Notes: generated by a model not told the origin, from the letters alone. Shown: positions 7,168-20,226, counted from the stretch's first letter. The stretch: DNA of 33,678 bases from Perkinsus chesapeaki ATCC PRA-425 (GCA_013115145.1 JAAPAO010000389.1:1-33678), one strand, 5' to 3'. Translations and numbers: made by a program.

Positions 7168-8131
7168 TGGCGCGACGGCGAGAATAGAGTAATCAACCTC
7201 GTTTGCAGAACATGATACATTATTCATTCGTCACTTAGTGGCGCTAGTCTAGCGAAAGTGCGAGTCTTTGTTTTGCTATGAAGTTTCATCATGTTGTCAT
7301 TGCTGAACCCCATCAGCACTGGATGGTGCAATAGTACCGCATTTTGGTAGTGCCGTTGGGGCTCCATGTGGTCTACACCTATCCATAATTCAAGTACGAT
7401 AATTCTTAACCATTTACTCCATTTATTTCAGAATCCTGCTGATAAATCTATGTCCGTTACTTATAGTAAGTACAATTGCACTTGATAACAGATCTCCATT
7501 TATTTTAGAACATCGCAGGGTTGATACGTCGTGTAATACTGTACTAACATCATGATTGCACACCCTAAGTTTTGATTTCTACTTACTTCTCATCTGTTGC
7601 CTTTACCGCAGTTGTTAATGTCAATCCAGTAGCCCTCTCAGTAAACTCCTCCGATGACAGACATGGCATGAGTGCTCCGCCGAGATATTAATGTAGCATA
7701 AGCTGTGTTCGACACAACTGATACTGTAGATTCAACTACAATCCCAGTGATATCATTACTGTTAGCTTGACTGACTGCAGTGCTTCATGTGCAAATGGGT
7801 ACTCACTGAGTAGTACTCATGTTCGTCGAATTAGACCGCCTGGAATAGAAAGTTACTGCCATTGACTATGCTTGTCCTGTCGGGCAGACTAGCATGTGGC
7901 GCCGCAGGTGACACTACGAGTAGCACACCGCTAGGTCGGACCCGAACCCATAGGGAAGCACCGGATTATTAGGTAACTAGTATTAGTATTAATAGTATTA
8001 GGCTAATATTATTAGGTAGTGCGTTAGATGACTGATCAACCCAATTCATATAGTAGTGTCCGGGAGAAACAGTGATTTGTACGTTACTCTGCAGGTTACG
8101 GAGGAATGCTTGCCAAGCATTGCTTAGGCAT

Positions 8132-9319
8132 TTATCGTAAGCAGTACATCTTTACAGGGAAGAGATCCTGAGAGATGATAACGCGGACATGCACGGCATT
8201 TTCCTTACATTCGGCCAGTGTGGTTGAATCATTTCCAATGCCAGGTGCAAACCCGCGCGAGCAAACAGCGTCTTGTACTGGGCGTCGGTACGAGTTATGG
8301 AATTGTCGTCCTTATCGACAACGAATTTTCCATCAATCACCACATTCTCCTTTACCACTATGACTCCACCCTGAAAACCAAGAGCGGTTGCCGGAGTTGA
8401 GAAGTTGTGTCAGAGCCTCGCAGTAGGACCCTTCAGCGCCTGTCGCAAGCAACGGAATCGGTAGAGCTCACCCTAGCAGCTAAGGCTTCTTTGCATCGCT
8501 TCAGGTAGGCCACGAGATCCTCATCCGTAAGATATCTGAAAGAGGATCTTTAAATTACAATCCTTGAACGAAACCCATTACAGGAGGCACCACTGGTTCC
8601 ATATCATGTCGTATCGACCTAACTCAGGGTCAAAGTCCTGTACCCCTAATTGGATGAACCTACGTAGAGAAAAGGTGAAACAGGGGCACAGAATGAAAGT
8701 GCCTCACTTCTCAATTCGGGATGGTGCAGTCGCAGCTGGGGTGAGCGTATTCTTAGCGGTCTCTAGGAGGTTGGCGCAAGGCTCCACCAAATCGATTATC
8801 TCTAAATGGGTATCGACTGACTGACCGTATAAAAGGTACGTTATTACGGAACTTCTGAGTGAGGACCTCCCGCGTCACACGCCCGATACCAGCCCCGCAG
8901 TCAGCTACAGTGTGAAACCTAAAGATTTCATCACTAACACCCTACTAACCGCATAAGGCTAACATTGGCGAGTTGGGCACTCTCCTCTCGATGGTATCCA
9001 AGAACTTCAACGAACCCATCACGTCGGTAGGAGACAAGCCTGCAAAACCTTGAAGCACCTTGAAAGAGAGAAACCATTTAGAACATCTTCAGTTGTTCAA
9101 CTCACTCCATCGTCTGAGGAGGGTTGATTCTCCCAGTAGGATACTGCTTTGCCATACCACTTGTCCGAGCCACCAGATAGCTTCTCGCTCCACATATCTA
9201 TTCACACTAGGCGAAGAGAGAGACGCAGGAGGCTGACCTTGCAAGGTGGTGAACTTATGTCCCTCACTGTCTTGCCCATCCTCCATCATAACGTTGTTGC
9301 TGTTGCTTGCGCTGCTCAT
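8132..9319 (-). CDS. NTMT1: Alpha-N-terminal protein methyltransferase (NTM1/NTMT1 family), multi-exon
   Basis: Spliced translation gives WYGKAVSYWENQP, GFAGLSPTDVMGSLKFL, GRYDMIWNQWCLL|YLTDEDLVAYLKRCKEAL, VKENVVIDGKFVVDKDDNSITRT and QPHWPN|DLFPVKMYCLR*. Confidence 0.92.
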
Positions 9320-9429
9320 TTCGGAATCACTGTAATGCCCTCGTGTAAATCTGATACTATTTGTTCGGCGTAGCCGACGGAAGAGCCGAAGAGATATCAA
9401 CGGTTGCCTTCCCTATCAGCACGGTTGCT

Positions 9430-11084
9430 AGCAAACTCCACAACGAAAGAAGTCTGATAATACACAGAAACGTTGCATGTAAATAACATCCGACTTGGTG
9501 ACCACAAAGATTATAGACCTCTGGTGGTCGCTCCGGAAGGTGGCGAGATAACGTTGGTTCTCGGCTTGTGACGTGACCTGTATTGTCCGATTATCAGATG
9601 TAAAACGCATCAACAAGTACCGTGTCTTTTGCAGCACCAGCCCACCCCAAGGGGATACCGGGTTTCGCTTCGGGCCCTTGTGCGACGTACCACCACCGTG
9701 AGGGTGCTCCACGGGGTTCTTAGCCACACCGTGAACAGCTGAAAAACATCATGAAATTATCACAACAAAGCTAAACAATCACATGGTCGCCAGCCGAGCC
9801 ATCGTTTTACTCGACAGTGACCCTTGGCACGCGCCCAGAAGTTCGCATTGCCGACCTAATAGGAGAAACAGCTGGGAATCCCAGCCTGGGACCTAGTAAG
9901 TATCATAACACAGGACTAACCTGGCCGACTACAGCCCAGCAATCCAAAGGAAATCTCTTAATTTCAGTTGAGTTGAGCTTGATGGTGGCCCATTGTGTAT
10001 CCTTCGACATCACTGCCGCGAAGCAGCCTGCTGAGCGGTTGATCTGTCCACCGGCCCCTGTAAGAGTATCGATGTTCTGTCGCACAGACCTTCCTGAACG
10101 TCTCCCTTATACCTGGTCTCGGTTCAAGATTGTGGATGATGGTACCAGCGGGAATACTTCTCAGTGGTAGGCAATTACCCGGTGTTATCGGAGCACCCTC
10201 GCTGGCAACGACCTGGCACCAGCACCAGATCATGTAGTGGCCCGCAGAGCTTCTCCGAACTCTTACCCGGTCTCCTGGCCTTAGCGTCTCGGGTGCTACT
10301 ATGTAAGAGAGCACTCCATCTGTATACTGTATAAGGGCTATAAAGGATGTCCTGAACGGCACCCGGACACTCCGCTGGCCGTAGAAAGTACGGTCACCTT
10401 CCTGGGCAATATTCAATGCGCAAAACCGTCGCATAAATGTCCTTTCGGCCACGCTTATAGTCTATCAGTCGCAGCCGCTGCCGGTGACCTCCGCCTCGAT
10501 GGAAAACGCCGATCTGTCCCGTCATGAGGCGTCCTGCGTAGAATTCCCTCGCTCGACAGCCTAGGACTAAGCGACTAACCTCCTCCTCGAAATCGGAAGG
10601 TGCTCAGCTGCGGGATGACGCGGCCACGGAAGAGCCTGCACGGTGACGTCACGTATTGCGGTTGAGCTCATGTCCTGCCTGAGGGGGGCTGTCTCATTCA
10701 CAAGCTTCAGAATCTTTCGTTGCTTTTCCTGTGTGAAGGGTGTCACTACCGATGGCTGTGACATGTCCTGAGGGGAGGGTAACGTTTGGCCTTTTTATTG
10801 AGCATTCCTCGCTCCAGCATAGCCTACCGCCTTAGGAGCACCGGTCTCGAAGTTAATGAAAGGTATACGATTCCTCTTTATCAACGGAGAGTACCTACTC
10901 CAACCGCACGTTGAACTCTGCACAGGCGTGAAGACGAATCCAAATTTAAAGCGGCAAAGGAAAACGATATAATTATAGTCGCTTACTGATGGCCCTCTCG
11001 AATTTGCTGCTGCACGCATGAAGGGAAGGAAGCTCGGGGAAATAACGGTCGAAGAGCGGGACAGAAAACCAGAGAAGACCGCAT
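9430..11084 (-). CDS. MRPL2: Mitochondrial ribosomal protein uL2m (bacterial-type L2), multi-exon
   Basis: [64 protein letters not shown] and [15 protein letters not shown] putative transit peptide [20 protein letters not shown] starts at ATG 11084. The 3' end is uncertain. Confidence 0.9.
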
Positions 11085-11244
11085 TATATCAACGAGGAAA
11101 TCAAACCTGGAGGACCGATCAGCCCAATGTCTGGCCACACGGGAAGCTCGAGCGTCGGCTGGAAATCATATCGAACTATGGACATGGTCTGTGATACACC
11201 GAGCAGCTAAGACAGATTTGTCATGGATATCTCATGGTACTCCA

Positions 11245-13018
11245 TTAGCATCCTTTCACATGTCGGGTTACCCTGAGGAACATTCTAGGAGCCAACAACG
11301 GATAATGATGCAGAGCCACCATCACCAGTAGACTGCCACAGCCGTTAAATGAAACTATCCAGTCACCGTGTTCATATGCGTCATGGACCATGATCGGCGA
11401 TTTCAGAGCCGTCTCCTTCGGATAGGCATTTAGGCTCTTTTGAGGGACCAGTCTAACACCTACATACCGCAAGTGAAGTGATATGTTACGCACTCAGCAT
11501 TCCACAAGGTGCGCTACTGCTCATGAGCGGAGGACCTTGCAAGGCACGTCGACCCTTATTGCAAAGACCTACCAGGAGCATATCCCGTGGAGCTGTCAGA
11601 AAGGTTCAAGATACCAGGAACAAGAAGAAGGTACTGTAATGGGGACTGCTCGTGGTACTGGTTATCACGGTATCTGCTAACAAGGCTGCAGCAGTGGTCC
11701 CTGTAGCTGTGCTCACGAGAAAGGGCTGGGGGCATCCAAGAGATTGAGAACGCGACGGAGAAGGGTTCGAGACCATTGGCTGTTTCGTAACAGGAACACT
11801 GCCGAATTGAGCATGTTCGCGTCTTCCGAAATCAATAGGTGATCTTCATCGGTCGCCCATCGGCCCACGAAAGCCTAAATGGACGTGTTCGGAAGCGAGT
11901 CATAAACACCACGTAAACCTACCTCCACTCTCTCGTCGGGGTCCATGAAAAAAGCATCACAGTCGACCCACATAACCCACTCGAATCCGCTGTCCTCTTG
12001 TAGCCGCCTTCGTATTGCTTCCAGTTTATTACGCCAAGCATGAGCGTTGGGGATAAGAGGCACTAGGTGGTGATCTATGCTGTATCTAGCTGATCACTAT
12101 TTGGCACATGCCGCAACAGGTCCCACCCTCTGAGCTTGGCATATGCCTCTTTGTTACTCTTGGATAGCTGAGGGAGTTGAGTGTTGTTATGCGGATAGTG
12201 GCCAAAGGACACGATAACGACTGAAGATGGGCTTGGTGATCTCCCACCCCCCAGTCTGAAAGTGAACAAGTATATGGGTGGTGTAGAGAGCACCTTATCC
12301 GACTTGGCAAGCCAATGACCGGCCTCGGCTGAGCGTAGGTCCCTAGCCAAACCAACGAGCCTCCCCAACTCCATTGGCCATCGAGTAATTTCTATAGCGT
12401 CACCAAGGTCCCCGAACCTGACACCCAGTCTTCCGACCAAGCCAGGCTGAGCCAGGTCGGCTACCTATGAAAGTACAGCAGCTTAGCCAGATGGATAACT
12501 CGTAACGAACGGCTGCCAAATGCCTCTTCGTCAGCCGCAAGTAACAGCTCGGCAAAGACATGGAGGAGAGAGCTTGTACCAAGTGGGCATCTACGCAGGA
12601 CTGCACTTTAAAGGGGGATTAAGAGTAGCTGCGGAGCTTACCTACTCGAGGGCAATCGCTGGGTCCGGGATGCCGTACGGTATCATGATCTCAACTAGCA
12701 GGTGAACAGCTCTGTCTATCAGGACATCCAAGGAAGCTGAACGAATCACTGCCCCGCGGCTCGCATTGGACGGAGCCCACTGGAGTGGAAGGGCAGCTCG
12801 GTTCCATTGACGAAGGTGTGGACCTCATCCCACCAGAGAGGATTTGTCAGGCCGAGGCCGCTGTCAGCATCACAGTTGCCTTCCGCTAAAAATTTATCGA
12901 GGAGCCAGTGGCCACGAGATTGTGCCACCGTAAGGGTGACAATAAAAACAACGTTGAAGATAATACGAGACAACATAACTGCGGAACCCGTGATAGCAGC
13001 CATCATAACACAAGCCAT
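11245..13018 (-). CDS. Glycosyltransferase family 34 (GMA12/MNN10-like), N-terminal hydrophobic anchor
   Basis: SKSNKEAYAKLRGW, WRNKLEAIRR, EWVMWVDCDAFFMDP (DxD), LNSAVFLLRNSQWS and GDWIVSFNGC. The N-terminus in ORF 12746-13018 is hydrophobic. Confidence 0.85.
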
Positions 13019-13095
13019 GAGGAGGCTGAAAGGGAATTATCATTTCAACGTTGAACAACTAAGGAGACGGAACTCGTTTTGAAAGCATATTGCCG

Positions 13096-16000
13096 TCACG
13101 GTCCCTCTTCCCAAAATGCACAGAAACACCGTCCATTATTTCACATAGCAACTTTCGAACCTCTTCGATGTAGCCCAGTGCTGAGAGCTCCAGGCCTCGC
13201 CCGTTCAAAGCCTAAAGGCTCAAAAATGGAAGACGCCTGACGAACAGTGGATGGCTTGCCTGGGCATATATGTCCATAGCGTTGTCGATAGCTGTCCGGA
13301 CCCCAGTGCCGAGGAGGATGCCTAGAGCCTCAGTCACTCGTATTGGCATCCAACGCTCAAATAGAGCTTGCTTGGCTTCCCTATCATACCTATGCAGGAC
13401 ATTCAAGAGCGAAGAACGCCATTTGAAAAGCCGCCTTACACAAGATCGTAACACACAGAGAACGCTATAATGGTGACAGGGTCAACAACCGAACACTGTC
13501 GGATGATCGAGCCCTTCGCTCCGCCTCTGGCATATCGCTCAAAATACACTAAATACTCCATGTGGGCGATTGGCTCGCGAGTATCCTTGAATAATGGAGA
13601 TAACCTGACAGAACAGGAGACATATTGAATGGCCTATAATGGCACGCAATACTCACCGAGATGCTCGATCAATCTTGGCCCGCTCAGTGAGTTGCACCCA
13701 TGCCTGCTTCCCTGTGTCGTGCAAGGCGAACTTAGGCGACAGAGCGGCTGCTAGACAAGCTGTTAGCAGTTGCCATTGTTTCGACGCTGGAGCCCTGCTC
13801 AAATCTATATAGGACATCCCTCAGGCCGAAAGCTCACTGTGTCGCTGTGGATGCCAGAGCGGGGGCCTTGCGGTAGACGAAGTCAACCAGCTGCCTTCGA
13901 GTATGATGCACGCCGAGGAGGCTCCTGTTGTTGTATCCGCTCCGCCAGGCAAACTCCGACGCTCGGCCAGGCCCGTAACTGGTGTACAAGCGCTCCCACT
14001 GGTCGAAGACCTCGACCAAGTGGGCGTGATCCGAGACATCGCGAGCAGCAAAGCCAAACATGGCATTCTCTGGATCGAGCTCGGCATCTGACCAGATTCG
14101 GAATTACTGTTGAGCCACATGACAAACTACTTCTAGCTGGCAACTCCCGGTCCTGCACTGACAAGAAGCTTGGGTCGCCTTGACATAGAATGCTTGCTAT
14201 GGTAACAGCTTTATCGAAGACTCTGAGCAAGTGAAATAATTGGCGGATAACGTTGGCCATCCAGGCTTGATGACCGAGCTTACCCCAGTATCAAAGAGTA
14301 AATTATCGACAGACCAACTGGAGGGTCTGCCGGCACGTCCGCTAGGAAGACACCAATGTCTGACAGCTGACCAGTGTTGCCCTGAATGAAACGCAGTTTC
14401 AGTTGAGGGATTCACCGAGCTTGGGGTAGTACTCGTCGGCCCAGAGGTAAAGTGCCGAAGAGAGAAGAGCTGAACCACTGGGATGTAGCCTACCTCAACA
14501 GCTCGCATAGTCAGGAGCCTCCTCAAAGCATTTTCCACCGCCTGGGGTGGCGGAGGGTCGATACACGACTGGAGCACAAATCGCGGATTGCCCAGTCTCA
14601 GCCGCAACACCGCCAAGATCTGAAGGCACCCTATGAACACCACGCTGCAGGCACTGCATCCACCCTACAGGCTCCATCATCTCGCAACGCATCATCTCCG
14701 GCATTATATGTTCCGGCAACTGCTCGTAGCGGGCACGGGTGATAAGGTGGAAGCAATAGCTGTGAGCAAGTCATACAGCTGTAAGCAAATCTCCTCTTAC
14801 CCGTCCTGAACTCGCCCACATCGACCACGTCGCTGCTTACAGTTCGACTTGCCTGCGAATACATAATGAACTGATCGCGTAGCACTGTTATCGTCTTACC
14901 AGCCCAGGAGACATCAAGACTGGACATTTGTCGCTCCGAGTGGAAGGCCTTCAGCTTGCACTTACAGGTATCAATGATGAAGACCTGAGGAGCCCATCAC
15001 CCTCGCCGTTCCGCACTAACAGCTTACAGCATCCTCTATCGTCAGTGACGTCTCGGCAATATTTGTGGACAAAATACATTTCCGTCGACCAGGCGGCGGC
15101 TTCTGGAACACCCTTTGCTGATCCTAATTACCAAACTGCACGACACCGGCAATGTTATCTCACCTCGGGAGGAACTTGCGAGTGGAGCGGCATCAAGTCA
15201 AAGACAGCTGTTATATCGGTTTCTTGACGCAGCACCCACAAAAGGCTCTGGATGGAGGGCCACCCCGGCAAGAACACTACGACGGCTCCTCCCTAACAAG
15301 GCCATATCACAGCTTCTGCAGCTTCGATTGACGTTACCTGTGCACCATGAGTCTGTGCCGTCCAACGCAGTATGCTGACGATGAGATGGGTCGGAAGCTC
15401 TCGCTCATCTATGGACTCGACCCCTTCGATAGTCTTTGCTGAATAACCATGCCCCAGTACATTCCGGGACTGAAGAGCACACCCACCATCCGCGGGTAAA
15501 ATGAAGCAGATGCTCCTGCGACTCACATTGAGATTGCCATTCACACGGTACATGGAATCGCCAATGGAAGAGCAGCTTGCTCGAGTACACCTGCTTCGGG
15601 GGTCATAGTTAATTAATTCACAGACGTCCTCCAGATAATAAGTGTGGATCTAAACGGCAACATACCATACCAGTGAAGCAGCAGGTGAAGATCCCCCGTG
15701 GAGTATCAAACAGCAGCAGCTCACTTTGTGCTGCTGTCGTTTTATATGCAAGGTCTGCGCTTCTGGTGTGAGATTGAAATACTGCGTAAACCGTGCAACA
15801 TCCGCCGTAGCACTCATGAGAATGATACGGATGCCAGTACGACCAACCACATGGCTGAACAGAATAATGACGGTCAGCCATCCTCAAATCTGCACGCATG
15901 CGCACCTCCTCAAAATAGCCAATAGGAAATCGGTCTGGAGATCTCGTTCATGAATCTCATCCACCACTATATGAGAGATGCCCTTCAGTCCCCGACTAAG

Positions 16001-18730
16001 GCGCCTTAGCAGCGTACCGGTCGTGCAATATTGTACCTATCAGGAGAAGCTCAAGCGAACATCTCGGGAATATCCCATGCTTCCTGCCCACCTACCGATC
16101 CATATGGTTGTTGAGGATTCCTGGTATCAAATCGAACGCTATAGCCGACCGTGCCGGCACCAACGGTCTCTCCTCGCTCAGCTGCTACCCGGGATGCCAC
16201 GGAGATTGCGGCTATTCGTCTGAAGTTAATGGGTGGTTGGAGACAAAAGCGATGAATTTCCTCATTTCAACATCTCCTCATAGAACTCGAAAACTTTAAG
16301 CGAAGCCAATATTATTGGCTTATTCGGGGTATATGCTTGATGGCCCAAGAAGCAAAGTCGGAAAACAACACCGTAATATACCCTACCCACCTGGGCTGAG
16401 TTACTATCACATTGCAGCTGGTCGCCCTGTCGTTCATAATGTAATGATCCAGGATGAACTGAGGTATCTGGGTTGTCTTACCAGAGCCTGTTGCTCCGGA
16501 TATTAGTATGACCTGATGAGCCCGTGAGCTTCAGCGAATACCACCATATCCCACAGCGATAACTAAGCCTTTTGTAGACTAATCTCAAAATTGATTTTTT
16601 TATTGTCCGACCTAACCCCAGTCGAACCGCCGGTGGGCGTGAAGGAGACAGCGTAGAATCTTACCTGATTCTGATCTGTCATATCCAAAACCCTGCGCCG
16701 AACTTGGTCCACGGGCAGAGGTGTTCGAAAGGCATGCGAGTCTAGATACCTGAATAACCAACCGTAATACTACTGTCATACCAATACGGCACAGGTTCGA
16801 TCCCCACACCACTCAAGTTTACTCTATTCTCGCTGCTCTCTCCGCCTTCGCTTTGCTGTTAATCACAACGCCGGATTCTGTCGGAGTGGCCTCCATTTGC
16901 TTCCACGGATCGTATGTGCCTAATATACATAGTGTCCAGAGAGAAAGCCTCCACAAAACAGCTCACCGTTAGGCTCCTGCCACTGTATAGTATCCACATC
17001 CGGTCCCCTCACGAAAGGGCTTGGCTCCACCTTCAGGCATGGCATCAACTGGACATATCGCTCATTTTCTGGAGGTGGTGGAGGCAATTCTATCTGAAAT
17101 GCGGGCCGCTATTCGCCATGTACTAGTCCGAACGTATGCACTTACACCCCATTTACGCAAACTACTGAAAATATCGTCTACGATAGGCCTCGGCAAGTCC
17201 GCTGGCTTCGGCACTGCATTCTCAGCTGTTCGCTGCACTTGATTGGTCACACCGTTGCTCATCGTCACCTACACTCCGGCTACTCTCCTTGGCCGTTGTC
17301 ACAGGCCGTTGCTTACACTTTTCCCAGTGTACGGAGGCATCAGACCCTTCTCAAACAGCAACGCACACATATCCAAAGCCAAGTACTGTGATGCCGTCTT
17401 CTTACTGCTAGCCTTCTCTGTGAACTGCAGCCGTATGCCGGCCCTGATAACATAGATCACTCCAGCTTTGATCGGTAGTAGCTTACGACGGTACTGGATG
17501 ATTATATGATGCTATCCATCCAGCTAGAGAGGGCTGCTTGGGGTCGACCGGACGGTAAACAAAATCCAGCGGCATCTGAGAACCCAAAGAGTAGTACTAT
17601 TGGCCCACGGCCGCAGCAAGGTAGAGAGACCGTGACTAGCAGAGGCACAAACTGTATGAACGTAAACTAGCCAGCCTCCACAGGACTCTACTAGGCCCTT
17701 AGCGACTCCCTGACCAAGACTCTATAGCGTCGGATAGAGCAACAGCTCCTGTTTGCTTTCCGGATATAATTATAGCACATCATTCGTACAATGGCATCGT
17801 CACAACGAATATGCAGTTGAGACGGTTTTACTATCTCCCAACTATATCCATCGAAAATTCCCCATATATTTCCTACTAGTATCCGTCACCCCCAACCGCC
17901 CACCCTTGTGCCTCGCTGTATCACCTTATGTCTCTTAAGCCATTCAAATACGGCAGCTTTGGCATTATCCGAGTTATAACTAAGAACAGCAACCGTGCGT
18001 CCAAGCCGAGCACTGAAGCCCTTTCACCCTGCCGGTCCATCTCTGAAGACACTAACGGCGGCCTTCGCAGTCCCACCAGGCGAGGAGCTAGTCGGTGGCG
18101 TCTCGTTGTCACTTCGCTCGTACCTAGCTCCATTTCCTCCTACCCAAGAGCCAGCGTTCATTCACGTACCATTCCAGAGCCTCGGTGTCGACATCCTTCG
18201 ACTTCTTTCCCTTCCCTTTCTTCCTGAACACATGGGTATGTCACTCAGAGCTCACCGGGTCGGCTGTGGCGTTCACTCACCCTCCGCTGGCTACGTCCGT
18301 GAGGGATGGGTCATCTTTAGCTAGTAACCGTAGCATCACCATGCATGCCTCATCCGAAGCTTTCGCTTTATTAGCACCTATTAGTACTGGCCATACCCTT
18401 CGCCCCCGCCCATGTGTCCTCTGATTACCTTCGCCTTCAGCATTCACACCAATGGCCGTAATGCCTGCATGACACACCCACGGTGCAGTGGGAACTGAGC
18501 ACCAAAGATGCTCACGTGTCTCGAGAACGACTTCATCCTTTTCTACCTGTCCTAGTGCATTCAATGTCAAGCTTGTATCCCTTCTTTTGACAGTATTCAT
18601 ACAGTTCCTTCCTAGGGCGCCCTTGAATGTATACAGCGCCACTTGGCGATCCACCTCTTGACAGTGTACTGAGAGGCAGCGCCTCGGACGCTGCTACTTG
18701 TGGAGGTGGAGGGGTCGAGGTAATAATCAT
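13096..18730 (-). CDS. DEAH/RHA-family RNA helicase with N-terminal dsRNA-binding domains (DHX9/maleless-like), many exons
   Basis: [14 protein letters not shown] (~16480), [43 protein letters not shown] and an HA2 region ([12 protein letters not shown]). dsRBD-like segments include [28 protein letters not shown] and [39 protein letters not shown]. The 3' end is approximate. Confidence 0.88.
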
Positions 18731-18942
18731 TCTACGCTATTGCGCCGCCCAGTAATTGAGCGAATTAAAAGGCATTCAACTTCTGCGTACAGCAGCATAG
18801 TCCCTCTACAGCCTGCACTGGATATTTTTTCTGTGCTACCAATAGACTTGCTCTATTTCAAACGTACTGAACACTGAATACACATAGACCTGGAAACATC
18901 TCATACTTCCTCATCAATCATCCCCCTCCACTGCTGGAGTCC

Positions 18943-19699
18943 TTAATTTTTTCTTCCTCCCGACATTATTCTTCTCCCGGTACTTCGCCATTTTAGCCTC
19001 ATAGTCGCCCCACTGACTCCTCAGCATCACCATATGTTCATCCAGCTTCTGACGGTTTGACTTAGTCGACATCATGCCTGAGCACTGCATCCTACCCCTA
19101 GACGACGACGGCCGCGAAAGGTCTACCTATTCCATTGGTTATAAGGAAGCCCACCAGGAAGATGCCCGCCACTCCCAGCAGAACATGACCTTCGTACGCC
19201 TTTTTGCGTATTTTCTCTCTCCACCTGTCCTTATTGAAAGAGAACACTGAGAAAGGTTATACAATACCAGGGGAGTCAGCATCCATTGCGGACGTGGGAG
19301 GTAAACGATTGTCAGATCAGTCTGTTATAAGCTTTCCTATGAACCGTTCGTTCGGGAGACGGGCCTCTACGTTAGTGCTAAAAAACTACACAGTAATAGG
19401 AAGCTTTCACAAACTAGCAGTTACTAACACCAGACATGCTATAAATTGTAAAAGATGAAAAATACGGTTACACCTGGACACTTTACCAGCATATCGTCTG
19501 CAGCAGCAGCCGCAGCCCAAACAACAAGCGAAAGTCCCTCTGATCAAGCCCGGCTACTACTTCTCCCAATAAATCCTAGACTCCGAAGAGTAGGAGTCTC
19601 TACCTCCCGGTAGAAGGCATAGGACCCCTCTCTCAAATGGTCTGTATGATGGGCGGCATACACTTTGTGCTCTGAGAAGTTCTTGCGTACTGAACTCAT
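18943..19699 (-). CDS. Hypothetical small membrane protein, spliced
   Basis: Exon-like segments MSSVRKNFSEHK.., GHVLLGVAGIFLVGFLITNGI (hydrophobic) and QWGDYEAKMAKYREKNNVGRKKN*. Splicing is not fully resolved. Confidence 0.35.
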
Positions 19700-19853
19700 A
19701 CTTATAACAAAAAGGGGCGCTTAAGCGCCTACGAGAACATTCGGTAGCTCAAAATAATGCAGACACCTGCTCTGATTTTTAAATATTTTAACGCAACAGT
19801 TTCCCAGGAGATTTTGTGCAACGGTAGAGCCGAGACCTCAAAAATCGAAGGGC

Positions 19854-20171
19854 GTGAGAGCGATCCCGATTGACGGCATCAACAAATGGTTTAGAAAAGA
19901 GCAAGGTTGTCCCATGTTGGTTAACTTCCCACCTATCCGCTTAACGCAAGACAATCCTGAATTATTTCAAATGAATCAATCCACTGCAATTGAGGCTCGA
20001 CTTCATCTTATACAACGACTGTTTCTGCAAAGATATCGAGCATCACTTCCATCATCAGCAACGTTAGACGCCGCTGCCAACAGAATAGCAGAAAAAGATA
20101 GCCTCGAGTGGATGATAATAATAATGGAGCAGTTTGATAGCGCATCCGATGGCTCAAGGCCATTAATCTGA
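19854..20171 (+). other. Unassigned intronless ORF (105 aa, GTG start)
   Basis: Only the ORF track supports it. No recognisable motif, and it is opposite in orientation to its neighbours. Confidence 0.2.
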
Positions 20172-20226
20172 TGCTATATAAATACAATAATCTGGGCCCC
20201 TGGGGATGGCCACGAGCCACACGCCT

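Larger units (their letters stand above)
166..8100. mobile_element. Composite, degenerate DNA-transposon island (SWIM and PIF1 remnants, nested TIR element, satellites)
   Basis: Begins at the tRNA break and is visibly AT-richer than the gene-dense flank. Contains TE-type domains, nested elements and palindromes but no housekeeping gene. The right boundary is approximate (before the NTM1 stop at 8132). Confidence 0.6.

Noticed and set aside
4347-8000. Firm call as a Helitron
   Set aside because: PIF1 is present but there is no HUH Rep motif, no 5' TC boundary and no convincing 3' hairpin.
166-8090. TTACTCT at 166-172 and 8084-8090 as a 7-bp TSD of the whole island
   Set aside because: It would not explain the missing tRNA half, there are no TIRs inside it, and it can occur by chance.
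8105-8125. AATGCTTG-C-CAAGCATT, a further 1-nt-centred palindrome at the island/NTM1 boundary
   Set aside because: The 8-bp arms are near chance level for 33 kb, and the direct-duplication model fits only with a mismatch. It is at most a weak fourth case.
9089-9400. ORF-track N-terminal extension of NTM1 from a TTG start
   Set aside because: The start is non-ATG and abuts the uL2m 3' end. The ATG at 9319 precedes the conserved N-terminus.
19280-19400. In-frame TGA (ITD*SDN) as selenocysteine
   Set aside because: An alternative acceptor (ATAACAG) gives an open frame, and there is no redox motif or visible SECIS.
19716-19729. GGCGCTTAAGCGCC palindrome with central TTAA
   Set aside because: 7-bp arms are expected by chance in a window this size.
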